In this document: one piece after another, positions 51,244 through 63,814 of the stretch
How positions within the stretch are numbered: position 1 is the first letter of the stretch
How the letters are laid out: each line of letters starts with the position of its first letter
Assembly (NCBI RefSeq): GCF_006345805.1
Contig: NC_043011.1
Span: 16,690,464 to 16,754,463 of the forward strand
DNA length: 64,000 nt
DNA from: Octopus sinensis
Lineage: Eukaryota
Direction: 5' to 3'
Notes under the pieces: model-generated
Told to the model about the DNA's origin: nothing
The model's input: only the letters and a program-made list of their open reading frames with translations
Databases searched by the model: none
Position numbers and translations under genes: made by a program

Positions 51244-51660
51244 TAGGCGCAGGAGTGGCTGTGTGGTAAGTAACTTGTTTACCAACCACACGGTTCCGGG
51301 TTCAGTCCCACTGCGTGGCACCTTGGGCAAGTGTCTTCTACTATAGCCTCGGGCCGACCAAAGCCTTGTGAGTGGATTTGGTAGATGGAAACCGAAAGAA
51401 GCCCGTCGTATATATGTATATATATATATATATATATGCGTGTGTGTGTTTGTGTGTCTGTGTTTGTCCCCCTAGGATTGCTTGATAACCGATGCTGGTG
51501 TGTTTATGTCCCCGTTGCTTAGCGGTTCGGCAAAAGAGACCGATAGAATAAGTACTGGGCTTACAAAAGAATAAGTCCCGGGGTCGAGTTGCTCGACTAA
51601 AGGCGGTGCTCCAGCATCGCCGCAGTCATATGACTGAAACAAGTAAAAGAGTAAAGAGTA
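51244..51660 (+). mobile_element. SINE family B, full length (reference copy)
   Basis: tRNA-like head, internal (TA/TG)n, tail (GTAAAAGA)n. Confidence 0.92.
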
Positions 51661-51923
51661 ACTAACTGACAAAAAAATAAACAGCTTCCTTTTAAGAAGT
51701 AGTTTGATTTCCAGTGAAAGACTGTGAGCGTCATGAAAATCGATAATTGATTAATTGAAGTATAACGAGATAGGTTTCTGGATGTGAAAGCTACACGATA
51801 TGATCATAATTTAATCCACAATAACATTTCTTACGTATCACCCAAAAAGGTGTTCGCAACACGGTGAATCTATGTATTTGTTTCTTCTCCTAATCAGTTT
51901 ATCATATTTATGCTTACATCATT

Positions 51924-52293
51924 GGAAGCACTCCGTCGGGTACGACGATGAGGGTTCCGGTTGATCCGAATCAACGGAACAGCCTGCTCGTGAAATTAAC
52001 GTGTAAGTGGCTGAGCACTCCACAGACACTTGCACCCTTAACGTAGTTCTCGGAGATATTCAGCGTGACACAGAGAGTGATAAGGCCGGCCCCTTGAAAT
52101 ACAGGTACAACAGAAACAGGAAGTAAGAGTGAGAGAAAGTTGTGGTGAAAGAGTACAGCAGGGATCACCACCATTCCCTGCCGGAGCCTCGTGGAGCTTT
52201 AGGTGTTTTCGCTCAATAAACACTCACAACGTCCGGTTTGGGAATCGAAACCGCGAGTCCGCTGCCCTAACCACTGGGCCATTGCGCCTCCAC
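51924..52293 (-). mobile_element. SINE family C with tail X
   Basis: Perfect 11-bp TSD CTTACATCATT at 51913-51923 and 52294-52304. Confidence 0.92.
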
Positions 52294-52678
52294 CTTACAT
52301 CATTAGACATGTGTAGATAGATAGTTGTCTGGTGGTTCTTCGCATCCCTCTAAATATGCAATTTAGAGATGAATGTGGGAATGTTATTTAATGTTGCTGT
52401 GGAAGGAAATCTAACCGTTCTCGATATTGTACGATTTAAGTAAAGAAAGAAATCTACATACACTTAATGTTGCATTAAGCTGGGACTAGTACCTCTTTTC
52501 AAACCCGTTCTTTCAAACAACCGCCTTCAACGCGATCATTTCTTTTTCTTCTCTTTCTATTTATGTCCCTTTTAATGTGCTTTTACCATACTATGTTTGT
52601 CTCTACCACTTTGCAGAGAGAGAGAGAGAGACAGAGAGACAGAGACAGAGAGAGAGTGAGTGTGTGTGTGTGAGAGAG

Positions 52679-52680
<2 letters not shown>

Positions 52681-52718
<38 letters not shown>

Positions 52719-52979
52719 CGACGGCGACGACGATGATGACGACGACGACGATGATAACGACGATGACGATGACGACGACGATGACGACGACGATGATGAT
52801 GACGATGACGACAACGACGATGACGACGACGACGATGATGATGAGGATGATGATGATGACGACGACGACAATTATGATGATGATGATTATGATGACGACG
52901 TTGATGACGACGACGATGATGATGATGATGATGATTATGATGACGACAATGATAACGGCGACGATGACGATGACGACGA

Positions 52980-53014
<35 letters not shown>

Positions 53015-53070
53015 ATGATTATGATGATGATGAGGAGGAGGAGAAGGGGGAGGAGGAAGAGGAAGAGGAA
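52681..53070 (+). repeat. compound (GAT/GAC)n then (GAG/GAA)n repeat; poly-Asp/Glu in ORF 52660-53199
   Basis: Direct observation. Confidence 0.9.
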
Positions 53071-54290
53071 AACAGAAAGATTGTCAGAACTCCATGTTCA
53101 AATTCTGCTGCGCAGATTGATGATTCTTCCAGTTGCGCTATAAACCTGAGTTGCTTACATCGAGTTTATTTCGTTACTACGTGCATTGCAAAAGTATAAC
53201 CTAGGTGTTCTTTCAGAATGACGGTAGCTGCTGTATACTAGAAGATATTGATTATCATATGCGTGTTAACATATATTTTCATACGATCTCCAGCGGCAAG
53301 TCAATAAACTTTTAACATGAAAGTGGTTGTTTTTTTCCCTGACTTTCGTCAAAAGTGGTCTGTTGTTTAATGATAGCTTAGAGAAATTGAAAACAATTAT
53401 TTTGAAACTACGATTTTAAAGTGGTTTTAAGCTTTATATATTTTAAAATCATCTTTGTCATAGGAAGATATATCGGAGTTAAGTGATAGCGATGATGACG
53501 GCGGTTTGTTTACATTTTTAATGTTCTCATCTCCAGCAGCTTTTGGCTTGTATTTGATGTTTTCATAATATCGACTAACATCATAGTAGTTGGAATAACA
53601 ATTGCTCTCTGTGACAGCCAATTTACTGGCAAGATAAGATGTCTCTTACTGAAGTCGTTTATTCGGGAAGTGGTGCAAGATTGGTTAAATCTTGTCTGAG
53701 AAAGTTTTGACCAATTCATATAACCGATAAAATATTTCCGTTAGTTTTTTTGATAACACCAGAGCAGATATTGTGTTTAAATAAACGTAATATGTGGAAT
53801 GATAATAAATTCTTGGCATAAATATCTTGTAATGTTTTTGCTTCCGGTGTACAAAATTACGTTATGTTGTCGAGCAAAAGATATTTCTCTACTTACAATA
53901 GAAAATAAATCATTTACTGATCTAAACTTTTTATATTTTTATCTTTCTTTTAACGACATGAAGTCATCGGATTTCGGCATCCCCTTCTGGTGTTTTAGTC
54001 AGTTATAGCAACTTCATCAGTAAGTTTTGTCTTGTAACTCATGCTGCTTTCATCACTGTCGATAGAAGAAATAAGCAGGCCATTTGTAACTATATTATTT
54101 GCTGTGTCAACAAAATTTTCTAAATTGACTTCCAAACATGAACGTTTTTCTTAACTTGACTTCATTCTTGTCTCATGAGGCCGTGAGCACTAGTTGTAAC
54201 AGTTTCCCGATTTCACAAATATTTCTTCAATAGGGTTATTGGTTATCAGGAAAATATCTGTGCGTGACATTTATTTAAAACTCCTCTACA

Positions 54291-54662
54291 TATTGTAGCA
54301 GGGTGTCAGAACTATACTGTCGGGAGCTTCGGTTCCTGGTAGGGCCACCCAAGGCGGATTGGTCTGACACCGAGTGGTATTAGGGCCACAACCCGGCAGA
54401 CGGGGCTCTGGTGAAAATCCTCGGAGTGTCTGTTTCGGCAACCGGCGGCTCCTCGGTCGCTCTGCCCCTGCGTCTGCGGACAATCTGCGTCAAACAGGAT
54501 GTCTCTGCATGCGGGATTGTTGGGGACCGCTTGTCAAATCCACATATTCCCACGAAACTTCTTCCATGAATTCTCAATGGCGAATACAATGCCTCGAGGG
54601 TGGTAGAAGAAGCCGACTCAACCCGCCCAGGGTGAATGTCGCCACAAGTACAAGTAAGTACA
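54291..54662 (+). mobile_element. short bipartite RTE-derived non-autonomous element (5-prime UTR joined to 3-prime end)
   Basis: GC-rich island containing GGTAGGGCCACCCAAGGCGGA (compare Bov-B GTAGGGCCACCCAAGACGGA). (CAAGTA)n tail. Flanking CTCTACA repeat at 54284-54290 and 54670-54676. Confidence 0.65.
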
Positions 54663-56411
54663 AAGTGTTCTCTACAGTACTTATAGCACTATAGATAAGT
54701 TATCCACCTGGAATAGTTTCGTGGATAATTTAAACATTTATGATGATAACATTTGTTTCTGTTCTTATATAGGCCATATTAAAGCCAGTCTTAACATTCT
54801 TAACAGAGGGAATCTTCGCAAGTTCGAATGGCTTTTGTGTCTGCGAGTAAGGAGCAGAGTAAAGTAGTTTCTTATAGTTTAGCCAGACCGTCGGTAGAGT
54901 TTTGGCCTTGTAACCTCATTTTCATAAGGATAACCTTGTTGATGAACAAAGCTCTGTGAAGAGCCCCAAACTCTTTTCCTTCTTCCTGTCCACTCATCGT
55001 CATTACATTATTTGTTGGGCGACATACTTGCAAAAATGAACAGCTATTAACAGAGGTTGAATCTTTTAGATGAGACATTTACACAGTCGTTATTCTGTGG
55101 CTCATTTAAGCATGCAGCATGGTGATTGCACTGCTTATTTACACTCCACTCCATAGAAACCGAGGAAGAGTATTTACAAGATTCTTTTTTCAGCTTAATC
55201 ACAAGTAAAATCCAGTGCCCATAACACTTTATTTTTTAAGTCATATAATGTTGGTGAGGGAATAAAACGGTTTTCTTTAAACGGTAAGCCTATCTAGTAT
55301 TTTATTTTATCGACCTTGGTAGTATGAAAGAGAACAGTAAACTCGGTGAGATTTGACATCAGAAAGCTGAAACAAACAGTCATTTCGCCGTCTGTGAACA
55401 AAATGCAACCTTACAATTGATAGCGCTAATTTATAGTAATATTCTATTCACGTCTCGTAGTTCGTGTCTAAGGGCTATTATTTTCTCTCGTCTTTCATAG
55501 ACAGCTCACCTAGATTTTAGATCAACTCTAGCGAAGTCGAAGTTGGTAGTTCGTGAATTCATAATTCACTTTCTATCCAATGATAGCATCAAGCTATCCA
55601 ATGTTTTTCGTTGTCAGTCATTTTGGTGAAAGACATAGGGAAAAGAGGAGAAAGAAATGATGTATTGTTTTGTGCTATCATTTTGATCGATTTCCCTGAT
55701 TCCCATCTGTTTTCCACCACCAATCTCCAAACGCTGGGAGCATCAATTGGCGCAATTTGTTCTTTAGCAATTTGATTGATTGTTGGTGCCATGAAGTCAG
55801 AAGGTTTTCTATCGACTCATGGCACAAGTTTTCTTTCTTTTAGCGACTTCACTTTAAATCATGCTGTGAACTGTGGTTTTAGCTGTCTGAATCCATCGCT
55901 ATTTATTTGTAAGTGGTTACCACATCTCTGACTAATGTCACCGTTTTCGTTTTGGTCATGATTCTTGATTTTTGTATTTTTAACTGCTACTAACTGCTAT
56001 TTTTGGTGAAATTTACGGTGTATTTCCAATGGAGAATTTTTCTAGATAGCAACATATTTTATCTCAACAAATGTTGGTCGCACTGAAATGTAGGTAAACG
56101 GCATGAATCTTATTCCAACTGAAAAAACCTTTTCATCCACTTCTTGTAAACAACGATTGGATATTAAATGGCCTTTTATAGAATTTGTACGTGTATTGAT
56201 TCTGTGTGAATGACCATTTCAATTCTGAGTCATAATTCTGCGAACTGCATCTCGAGATGTTTACCAATTTTTAGGGAGACTCGACAGCTTTCTAGGTGAG
56301 GGGCTCCATAAAATTTGCAGAGTAAAATCGATTAATATGCATAGATATACATGTGGCGAGGCATATGCGTGTTTATGAATATATTTGTACGTAGGTAGGT
56401 ATGTATATATG

Positions 56412-56464
<53 letters not shown>

Positions 56465-56495
56465 CACGCACACACAATATATATATATATATATG

Positions 56496-57358
56496 CTAGC
56501 TGACGTATTCCCGGGAAAGCGGGGCTTATCTCTTGGTTCTGTTCTCATAATTGTTTCACTGATCCAATAACAACAATACAAAGTATGTAGCCATTAAAAC
56601 GGTTTTTGTGCATTTACAGAGAATACCGAATTCCCAATAAGTTATGAATAACCAAAATGTGAAATCAGTTATGTAATAACATGAAATTAGTTGCCCGATA
56701 GTAAGAATTCAAATAAAGTAGCCCCGAAAAGGGCTTTAATGCTTTTTAAGAGCATATAGAACATAGGAAGAAATACTAATAAGAAATACTAATATTAAAA
56801 TCGTGAAGCATGTTACGTAATAACAAGCTAAACATATATGAGATAATAATTCAAAGTAAATAACTCTAAAAAGGACTTTTGTACATTCCCAGAGAATATT
56901 ACCCTCAAGAACGCTAGTGTTGGTATATACGTGAATAAGTCACTAACCGAAATAAGTGGATCTATTGCTTAAGAAAATAGTATTTATTTGTTTAGGGGTT
57001 ATACTGAATAAATTGCGAAACTAACTCTCACAGTTCAAATACTAAAAAAAATAAGCATATTCAGTTTGATTATACCAACTAACTTAGGAAAATTAATAGA
57101 TCATTTCCCATGGCTATAAATCAGGATCACTTCCAGGGATGAATGGGTTATTTCCCTTAGCTTTTAAAATATAATATATTAAATATATAAGGATCCCTTC
57201 TAGAGAGCCTATTACCGATTTGTACAACAATCTGAGTATGCCATGATGTTTCTAGACATGAGTCAAGTTTCATCAAAATCGATAAAACAATGTAGGAGGA
57301 GTTACCTAACAAATCCACAAACACACCCACAGACAGAATTTCCCACGTATGTAGTAGA
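56496..57358 (-). mobile_element. Helitron-like non-autonomous element (divergent)
   Basis: CTAG plus hairpin CCCGGGAAAGCGGGG at the left. AAGTTTCATCAAAATCG..ACAGACAGAATTTCCC..TAGA at the right, like the other Helitrons. Confidence 0.5.
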
Positions 57359-57365
57359 TATATAC

Positions 57366-57423
<58 letters not shown>

Positions 57424-57614
57424 GGAAAATAAGACAAAGTACAAAATGCTAAAATAATTTTATCATGAAGAACATCTAAAAGGTTCTTCATGATAAAAAT
57501 TATCTTAGCATTTTCTACCTCGTCATATTTTTCTTATACATATCAATTCGTATCTTCCTTTCAACCTTCTGCACACACACACATATACATATATATATTG
57601 ACTATTGGGGTCGA

Positions 57615-58000
57615 CTAAAAACCTTCAATCTCTACTCTCTCCAACGCCGCCTGGTGCGCTACAGCATTTGTGTGATGTGAGAAATATTCCATCAATATTG
57701 CACAAATGATGTTGGCATCGATTTTAAAATCTATCCATCTGTTGGACCCGTGCTATCAGCCCACTACAAAATCGAACTCAGGACATATAGCAACACTACG
57801 TCACAATTGCTTTACCTCAATCGATCCAGCTCTCTTTAATACCATACCAAAATACGTCAAAACAGAAACGCATCCCATAAAATTCAAAAGTTCTCTGACA
57901 AATTTCTTCAAAAAATCCTGGACCACCCTACTACACCCGGATATGTCTCCAACAACAGAAACTCTTTGCTAGATTGGGCTATGGTGCCCCATATATGACT
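57615..58000 (+). mobile_element. CR1/L2-group LINE 3-prime fragment
   Basis: HIATLRHNCFTSIDPALFNTIPKYVK..FKSSL.KFLQKI.DHPTTPGYV..NRNSLLDW. Homologous to 20240-20680. Confidence 0.7.
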
Positions 58001-58221
58001 AAAAGACCTGTCCAAGTCGTGCTATTAAGTTAGACATGGCCTAGGCCTATACTGGCCGAAAACTATCAAAGTTATCAAAGTTAGACATAAACATACACAC
58101 ACACACATATATATGATTATGTATATATGTATATATATGTGAATATATATATGTGTGTGTGTGTGTATTATTTGCATTATTGACATTTGACGGATATTTG
58201 TCCTCATCTTGTTTGTTGTTA

Positions 58222-58265
58222 ACACAGCGCTTCGGCTAATATACCTTCAAGCCTTCATCAGGTGT
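58222..58265 (-). ncRNA. minimal hammerhead-like motif in a Penelope-type repeat
   Basis: ACAC-CTGATGA-A-GGCT..AGCC-GAAG-CG-C-T-GTGT. Stems I and II are intact, but positions 15.1/16.1 are G/C instead of A/U. Confidence 0.6.
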
Positions 58266-58327
58266 CATGGGGCAATTTCGAACTTGGGTTTTCATTTCTA
58301 AGATATTTCTCGATCTTCTTCTTCTCA

Positions 58328-58429
<102 letters not shown>

Positions 58430-58636
58430 TATTATTCAGGTCACTGTCTGGAATCGAACTAGGAATCTTGGGGTTAGTAGCCCGGGCTCTTAACCACTAC
58501 GCCCTATGCTGTGGGCATAATGTAAATAACGTACATAATTCCTCATCTCTTAAACAGAGAACTGTAACATATATATATTTGTGTGTGCGTGTGTGTAAGT
58601 TATATATGTAGACTTACATATATATATATATGTATG

Positions 58637-58789
<153 letters not shown>

Positions 58790-58979
58790 TGTATATGCAT
58801 ATATATCCATGTATGTATGCAGTTTTTCCCTTATATATGATTTTATATACTTTTTATTTACTTTTCATATTTACTTTTTCATATTTTCTTTAACTACCAT
58901 GCTCCGTCTTTTTTTCTATGCCTTCTCTTTTTGTGTGTGTGAGCGTGTGTACGTGTGCATGTGTGTGTGCGTATGTGTG

Positions 58980-58981
58980 TG

Positions 58982-59065
<84 letters not shown>
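58980..59065. repeat. (GCGT)n microsatellite
   Basis: Direct observation. Confidence 0.95.
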
Positions 59066-60049
59066 TGTGTGTGTGTGTTTTACAAGCATTCAGAATAGCC
59101 AACTCCCTGAACTGCCGGATAGCATCTAAAGTAATACGATTTATCAGATCTTTATTTTTACAAACCAAACAAATTCGAATTTTCATATATTGTATATATA
59201 AAGAGAAATTTTTCTATGCACATTTAAAGGTCAATCGCTGGTGTTCTGGAGTTCTGATGAGATAGTTTACTTTCTTTCATTGATTCGTGAATATACAATC
59301 GTATTGTATAATGCATAGCATGCATATTAATGCAAAGGTGTAACCTTAACTTTATTCTACACTGAAATTAGTACTACATGAAGACGGCTGCGAAACGGCC
59401 GTAATCCTAAGTATGTCAAGTGGTTAAAATATAAAACTACATATATATATATATATTTATATATATATATATGATCATCATACATACCTCCTGACATTTT
59501 ATTGCTTATATAATCCTCGTGAAATAATTTCATTGATCGCGTCTTCTTAATTTCAGTCGCAGGGACAACTCTGCCAGAGAAATAATATTCTTAAGATTAT
59601 AAACCTGGAAAATTACAGGACAAGTTATTACACTTAGAAAAGTACAGAATAAGAAAATTTTTACTTATTGTAGAAGTGTGTCTGTATATGCCTATTCCTG
59701 TAATGCAGCATTCTTTTTGCATTATGTTACTTTATGTTCTGTTAGGTAGCAGTTGGCTAAAGGGAGATCAATGAAATAAGTAAAACTGAAATGTGTACTG
59801 AGCTAGATATGATCCGGTAAAACGTCTAAAGGTGGTGCCTCAGAAAGACCAAAACCAATGGCTTAAACTAATTGCTTTTAATATGGTCTTCGTATGCAGT
59901 GATTATCGTTTTCATTTGAAGATTTTATCTTGTCATTTTACTATTTTCTGTTGTTTAAAAATCATCCGTACCATTGCTACTACTACTAGCTTCTTCTTCA
60001 ATGTTCTACATAGCTGTCTGTCTCATAAAATCTCTAATTTTATTGCACG

Positions 60050-61480
60050 CATTTTTTCCACGATGTTTTGCCATATTTTGATTTGAAAGTTCAATCTGCG
60101 TTCCATATTAGGATCATTCATATTGAAATTAGCTTCCATAGTTTTTGTCATTAGTAGTTCGTTTATTAATTATTTTTTCAGTAATCGCTTCATCAACATT
60201 AGACTTGCTTTCATTATTTGGAATTTCGGTGGCCTTGTCAACTAAATCCTTTACAAACAGTTCTTCAATTTCTTCGCAAATTGAATCATCCATTCCTTCA
60301 TCTTGAACAGGCAATATTATTTATGTTTATGTGTAGGTTTTTTCCTTTTTTCTTTTGTTCTAACATCATTACTATTCACTAGTAATGTAGGAATAATGGC
60401 ATTCAAATATGCATTTAAGGTGTCTTGCTTAATTTTACAAACTGCCATTGAAACAATAAAAAAAAATTTTCCCCTGCTTGAAACATTAAACTAGTTTTCT
60501 TCCATAATAGCCAGTGTTTATTACAGAAATCTTAATACAATGTATTAATATTTCAATTTATGCCTTGATCTAAATGGGGGAGTAAGTGGGATATTGGGTC
60601 GTAAAAAAGGCGGCAGAAACTTGACGTCAGTGTGTTCTAAACCACAAAGATGTGGTGGATCATTGTCAATTAGTAATAAAATTCTGAAACCTTGCATGAA
60701 TTTCAGCCTCATGAACAAAAAAAAATATTCATAAAATCAGTTTCCGAATATTATGCTAGTCATCTATGATATTTTCACTTGCAGGCCAAAGAACTTGGAG
60801 GTAATTTTTTGTGTAATTCCCTCATTGTACATTAAGAGATGTTTTATTTAATAAGGCGCCATTAAACTATCACCTAATGTACAATGATTCAATTCAATGT
60901 TTACGGTCTCTGAATCCATTAATTCTTCTTGAGAGAAAAGTTCTCTTTCGCATATTTACACAACAGACTTGTTTTATCACCTTCAAATATTTGTTTTCAG
61001 GAATTGAAACCTTCAATAATTTTGATAGTTATGAATAGAATTCTACAAGCCTTCTTATTACATAATCCACTTTTATCATGAGTATAAAGCTTCGATCTTA
61101 ATTTTTCTTTTTTTTCAAGGTATCCTTTACTGATCGAAAACCCAGGTAGTTGTTAATAGTTGATTAGATGCTTAATTGGTAATAAGGATTTGATTGGAAA
61201 GACTTACTGTTATTTTTCTTATAGCAACGCTATTTGTACGTAATCTTGGGGACAACCACAGTAATACTACGTATGATGTGTATTTTGAACTCTTTGACGG
61301 TGCTGCAATTACACCGTCTCTGATTTGTAGTTTCTATAAAAATCCTAAATGTTGCTTATATTACACTATTTCGCAGTATTGGGTTTCAAGTTGATTTGAC
61401 ATTTCAACTTTTATTTCGATAGAAATCAAAAGTTTCCTACAATTTTTGGTTTTGACATTTGAAACTCCATTATTCAAACT
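60050..61480 (-). pseudogene. Tigger/pogo-family transposase, heavily decayed
   Basis: Across frameshifts: RKLLISIEIKVE (psq-HTH-like), LLTTTWVFDQ, KQIFEGDKTSL..KRTFLS, MTSIIFGNWFYE, RILLLIDNDPPH..DVKFLPP..HLDQGI, DPNMERR. Confidence 0.8.
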
Positions 61481-62449
61481 TGAACATATTTAACAATGTA
61501 GTCAAAATTGAAGCTAACTTAAGTGCCATTTCAATGTGTGATCTCTGCTTCACTCCCGTAGAAGTGAATTGAGAATAAAATGAAACGAAGATGAAAAGCT
61601 GAAATGGAAACGACAAACCGATGAAGAGATCTTTCCAAATGATACAAGTAAATCAAAATGAAAAATTGATCAAAACGAAAAGCATGTTCAAGTGAAACCG
61701 CTTTAACCAAGAAATGTGCGAACTGGTGGACAACTCCGTGTGTATGTGACAGTATACATATATACATATATCTGTATGTATGTACGTAAGTATGTATGTA
61801 TGTATGTATGTATGTATGTATGTATGTATGTATGTATGTATGTATGTATGTATGCATGCGTATACATGCATAAGTATTTAAATGTACACCCACACATTCA
61901 TATATGTGTATATATGTATATATATATATAACGTTTCACTTTATTCATCTCTTGAATTTAATATACTACGGACACTTTGTTTTTCAAAATTTTAGAGTAA
62001 AATTCTCGAAAGTTGACTACTCTTTGGAGATTAATAAAGGAATACACATTTCAGACGTAAAAAGAAAAACCACTTGTCTTTAGAGTAAGTTAAACAATAC
62101 TGGAAGGGTGATAACAATAGAACGAGAAGAAATGTAAATTGAGAAAAGTTAATAATGACAGAAAACTTATCTGACATACCAATTTCTCATGTCTATACAG
62201 ATTTATATGAGCAGAAACATAATTAAAACTAGACAAAATAATAGAAAGCAATATAGTTGCTTGCTGAAAGAATGCTACCATTTCAAGATATAACCTTGTC
62301 TAGGACTGCTATACCGCGTGTCACTTCTGACATATACAGTATAAAATCTTTCTTCAATGCACAATGAAAGCTTCATTGTTCTTGTTCTAAATTTCTTTGA
62401 ATAACTTCTAGCCATTTAGGTGCCAGACAACCGTTATTGCCTATGCACA

Positions 62450-63200
62450 TCCCCAACATGGTTTGTACACCTTATATAAGAATATTTATCATTTTGATAC
62501 AGAAATATTTCACTGAAGTTCAGGTTATCCGAAGAAAGATTCTACATATGAAAGACTTGTCAAAACAGATCAAGTACTCACTCTAAGTGGAACTTGTTTG
62601 TCAGCTTGTCTGGAATATTGATTACATCTCCTCTACACTGGTTCCTTTTGTTTATGCAGTGTTGAATTTCATCTAGCTCTCCTTTTGCAGGCTAATGAAC
62701 AAAACTATTTTCTCCGTCTCAGAAATTAATAAGATTATATAATTACTGATTATTTATCCACACAGTCAGACCTTGATTCTGTTTTCAATTTACCAATCTT
62801 TTTCTATCTACTGATTTTTTAATGTAAAAACTTCAATCTTTTTAATAGAAGCACTTATTCAGAAAGATGATGGAGAAATTGTAGTTGCCAATCGGAGAGT
62901 CAATATATGCCTTGGCATATATTATTTAGATGTAAACCACATACATATGCAATCAATTTGACGTCTGTTCTACATCTATTAATATTTCAGATGTAAGTCA
63001 ATTTCAGATGTTCTCTCGAAAATAACAGTAGGAAACTTTTGCTATTTATTATTAATGTGCAGTTTCGGTGACTGTATCAAGTCTTGCACATTGCAAATCC
63101 TATTCACTTACAATGTATCATCGTAGCCAGGATTCTATCTTTAGAATTCACTACTAGTGTTTGTAGTTTTCTTATATTGCTACTCCAGAAGCAGATGGTG
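62450..63200 (+). pseudogene. second pogo-like transposase remnant, very decayed
   Basis: DQVL..KW..SGILITSPL and ENNSRKLLLFIINVQF..EFTTSV resemble pogo DDE_1 motifs. Confidence 0.4.
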
Positions 63201-63766
63201 CGTTGGGAGACATAATAGATTGTTAGTGTAATGGTATCTTGTAGATTTTACTTAATTTCTCACCGATGAAGCATTTAAACCGAAACGTTAGAGTTCTCTT
63301 CTTCCTCACAGCCTATGGTGGCTTGCATCATATTGTTACGACTTTCTATGTAATGAATTAAAATCTTCAAAACATTTCAAAATGATCAAATGGATAACAT
63401 AAATGTTCGAAAGTTAATTCAAATAATTGTCCTGCATTTGAAACATCGCACTTATGTTCGTTTATGTTGCTCTCAAACTATTATGGTGTGAATATAACCA
63501 TATAGATAAGGATAATCTAATGAAATCATTATACTGACAAACTTTGCAAACATAGCTTGTAGTAGATGTCACGTAGACACCTGGCATATTTAATGTTTCC
63601 ATTTATTTGTATATTCAACTGTAATGATGTACATATACATAGTTACTTGCTTGAAGATGACAGATTTGTGTAGAACTAAAATTAAACCAAGCAATGTAGG
63701 TGTTCCAATCCAAAATTCTAATTCTGTTTACAAGGATACAACAATTCACAAGTGAAAGTATATATA

Positions 63767-63814
<48 letters not shown>

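Noticed and set aside
1757-52293. tRNA-like A/B boxes
   Set aside because: All are SINE heads continuing into SINE bodies. No complete cloverleaf tRNA gene was seen.
1607-52320. Recurrent ORFs such as MRNWY..RPRKDERQSRPRRNLNSER, DGLLSVSVYQIHSQG and MFIERKHLKLH
   Set aside because: These are chance frames within high-copy SINEs.
54555-54650. HDV-like ribozyme on the minus strand (7-bp P1 with G-U, crossing P2)
   Set aside because: P3/L3 spacing is wrong and there is no proper J4/2 catalytic C motif. The element is better explained in plus orientation.
55640-55720. WESGKS as a Walker A motif (parvoviral NS1-like)
   Set aside because: It lacks the upstream Gly, and no Walker B or motif C is recognisable.
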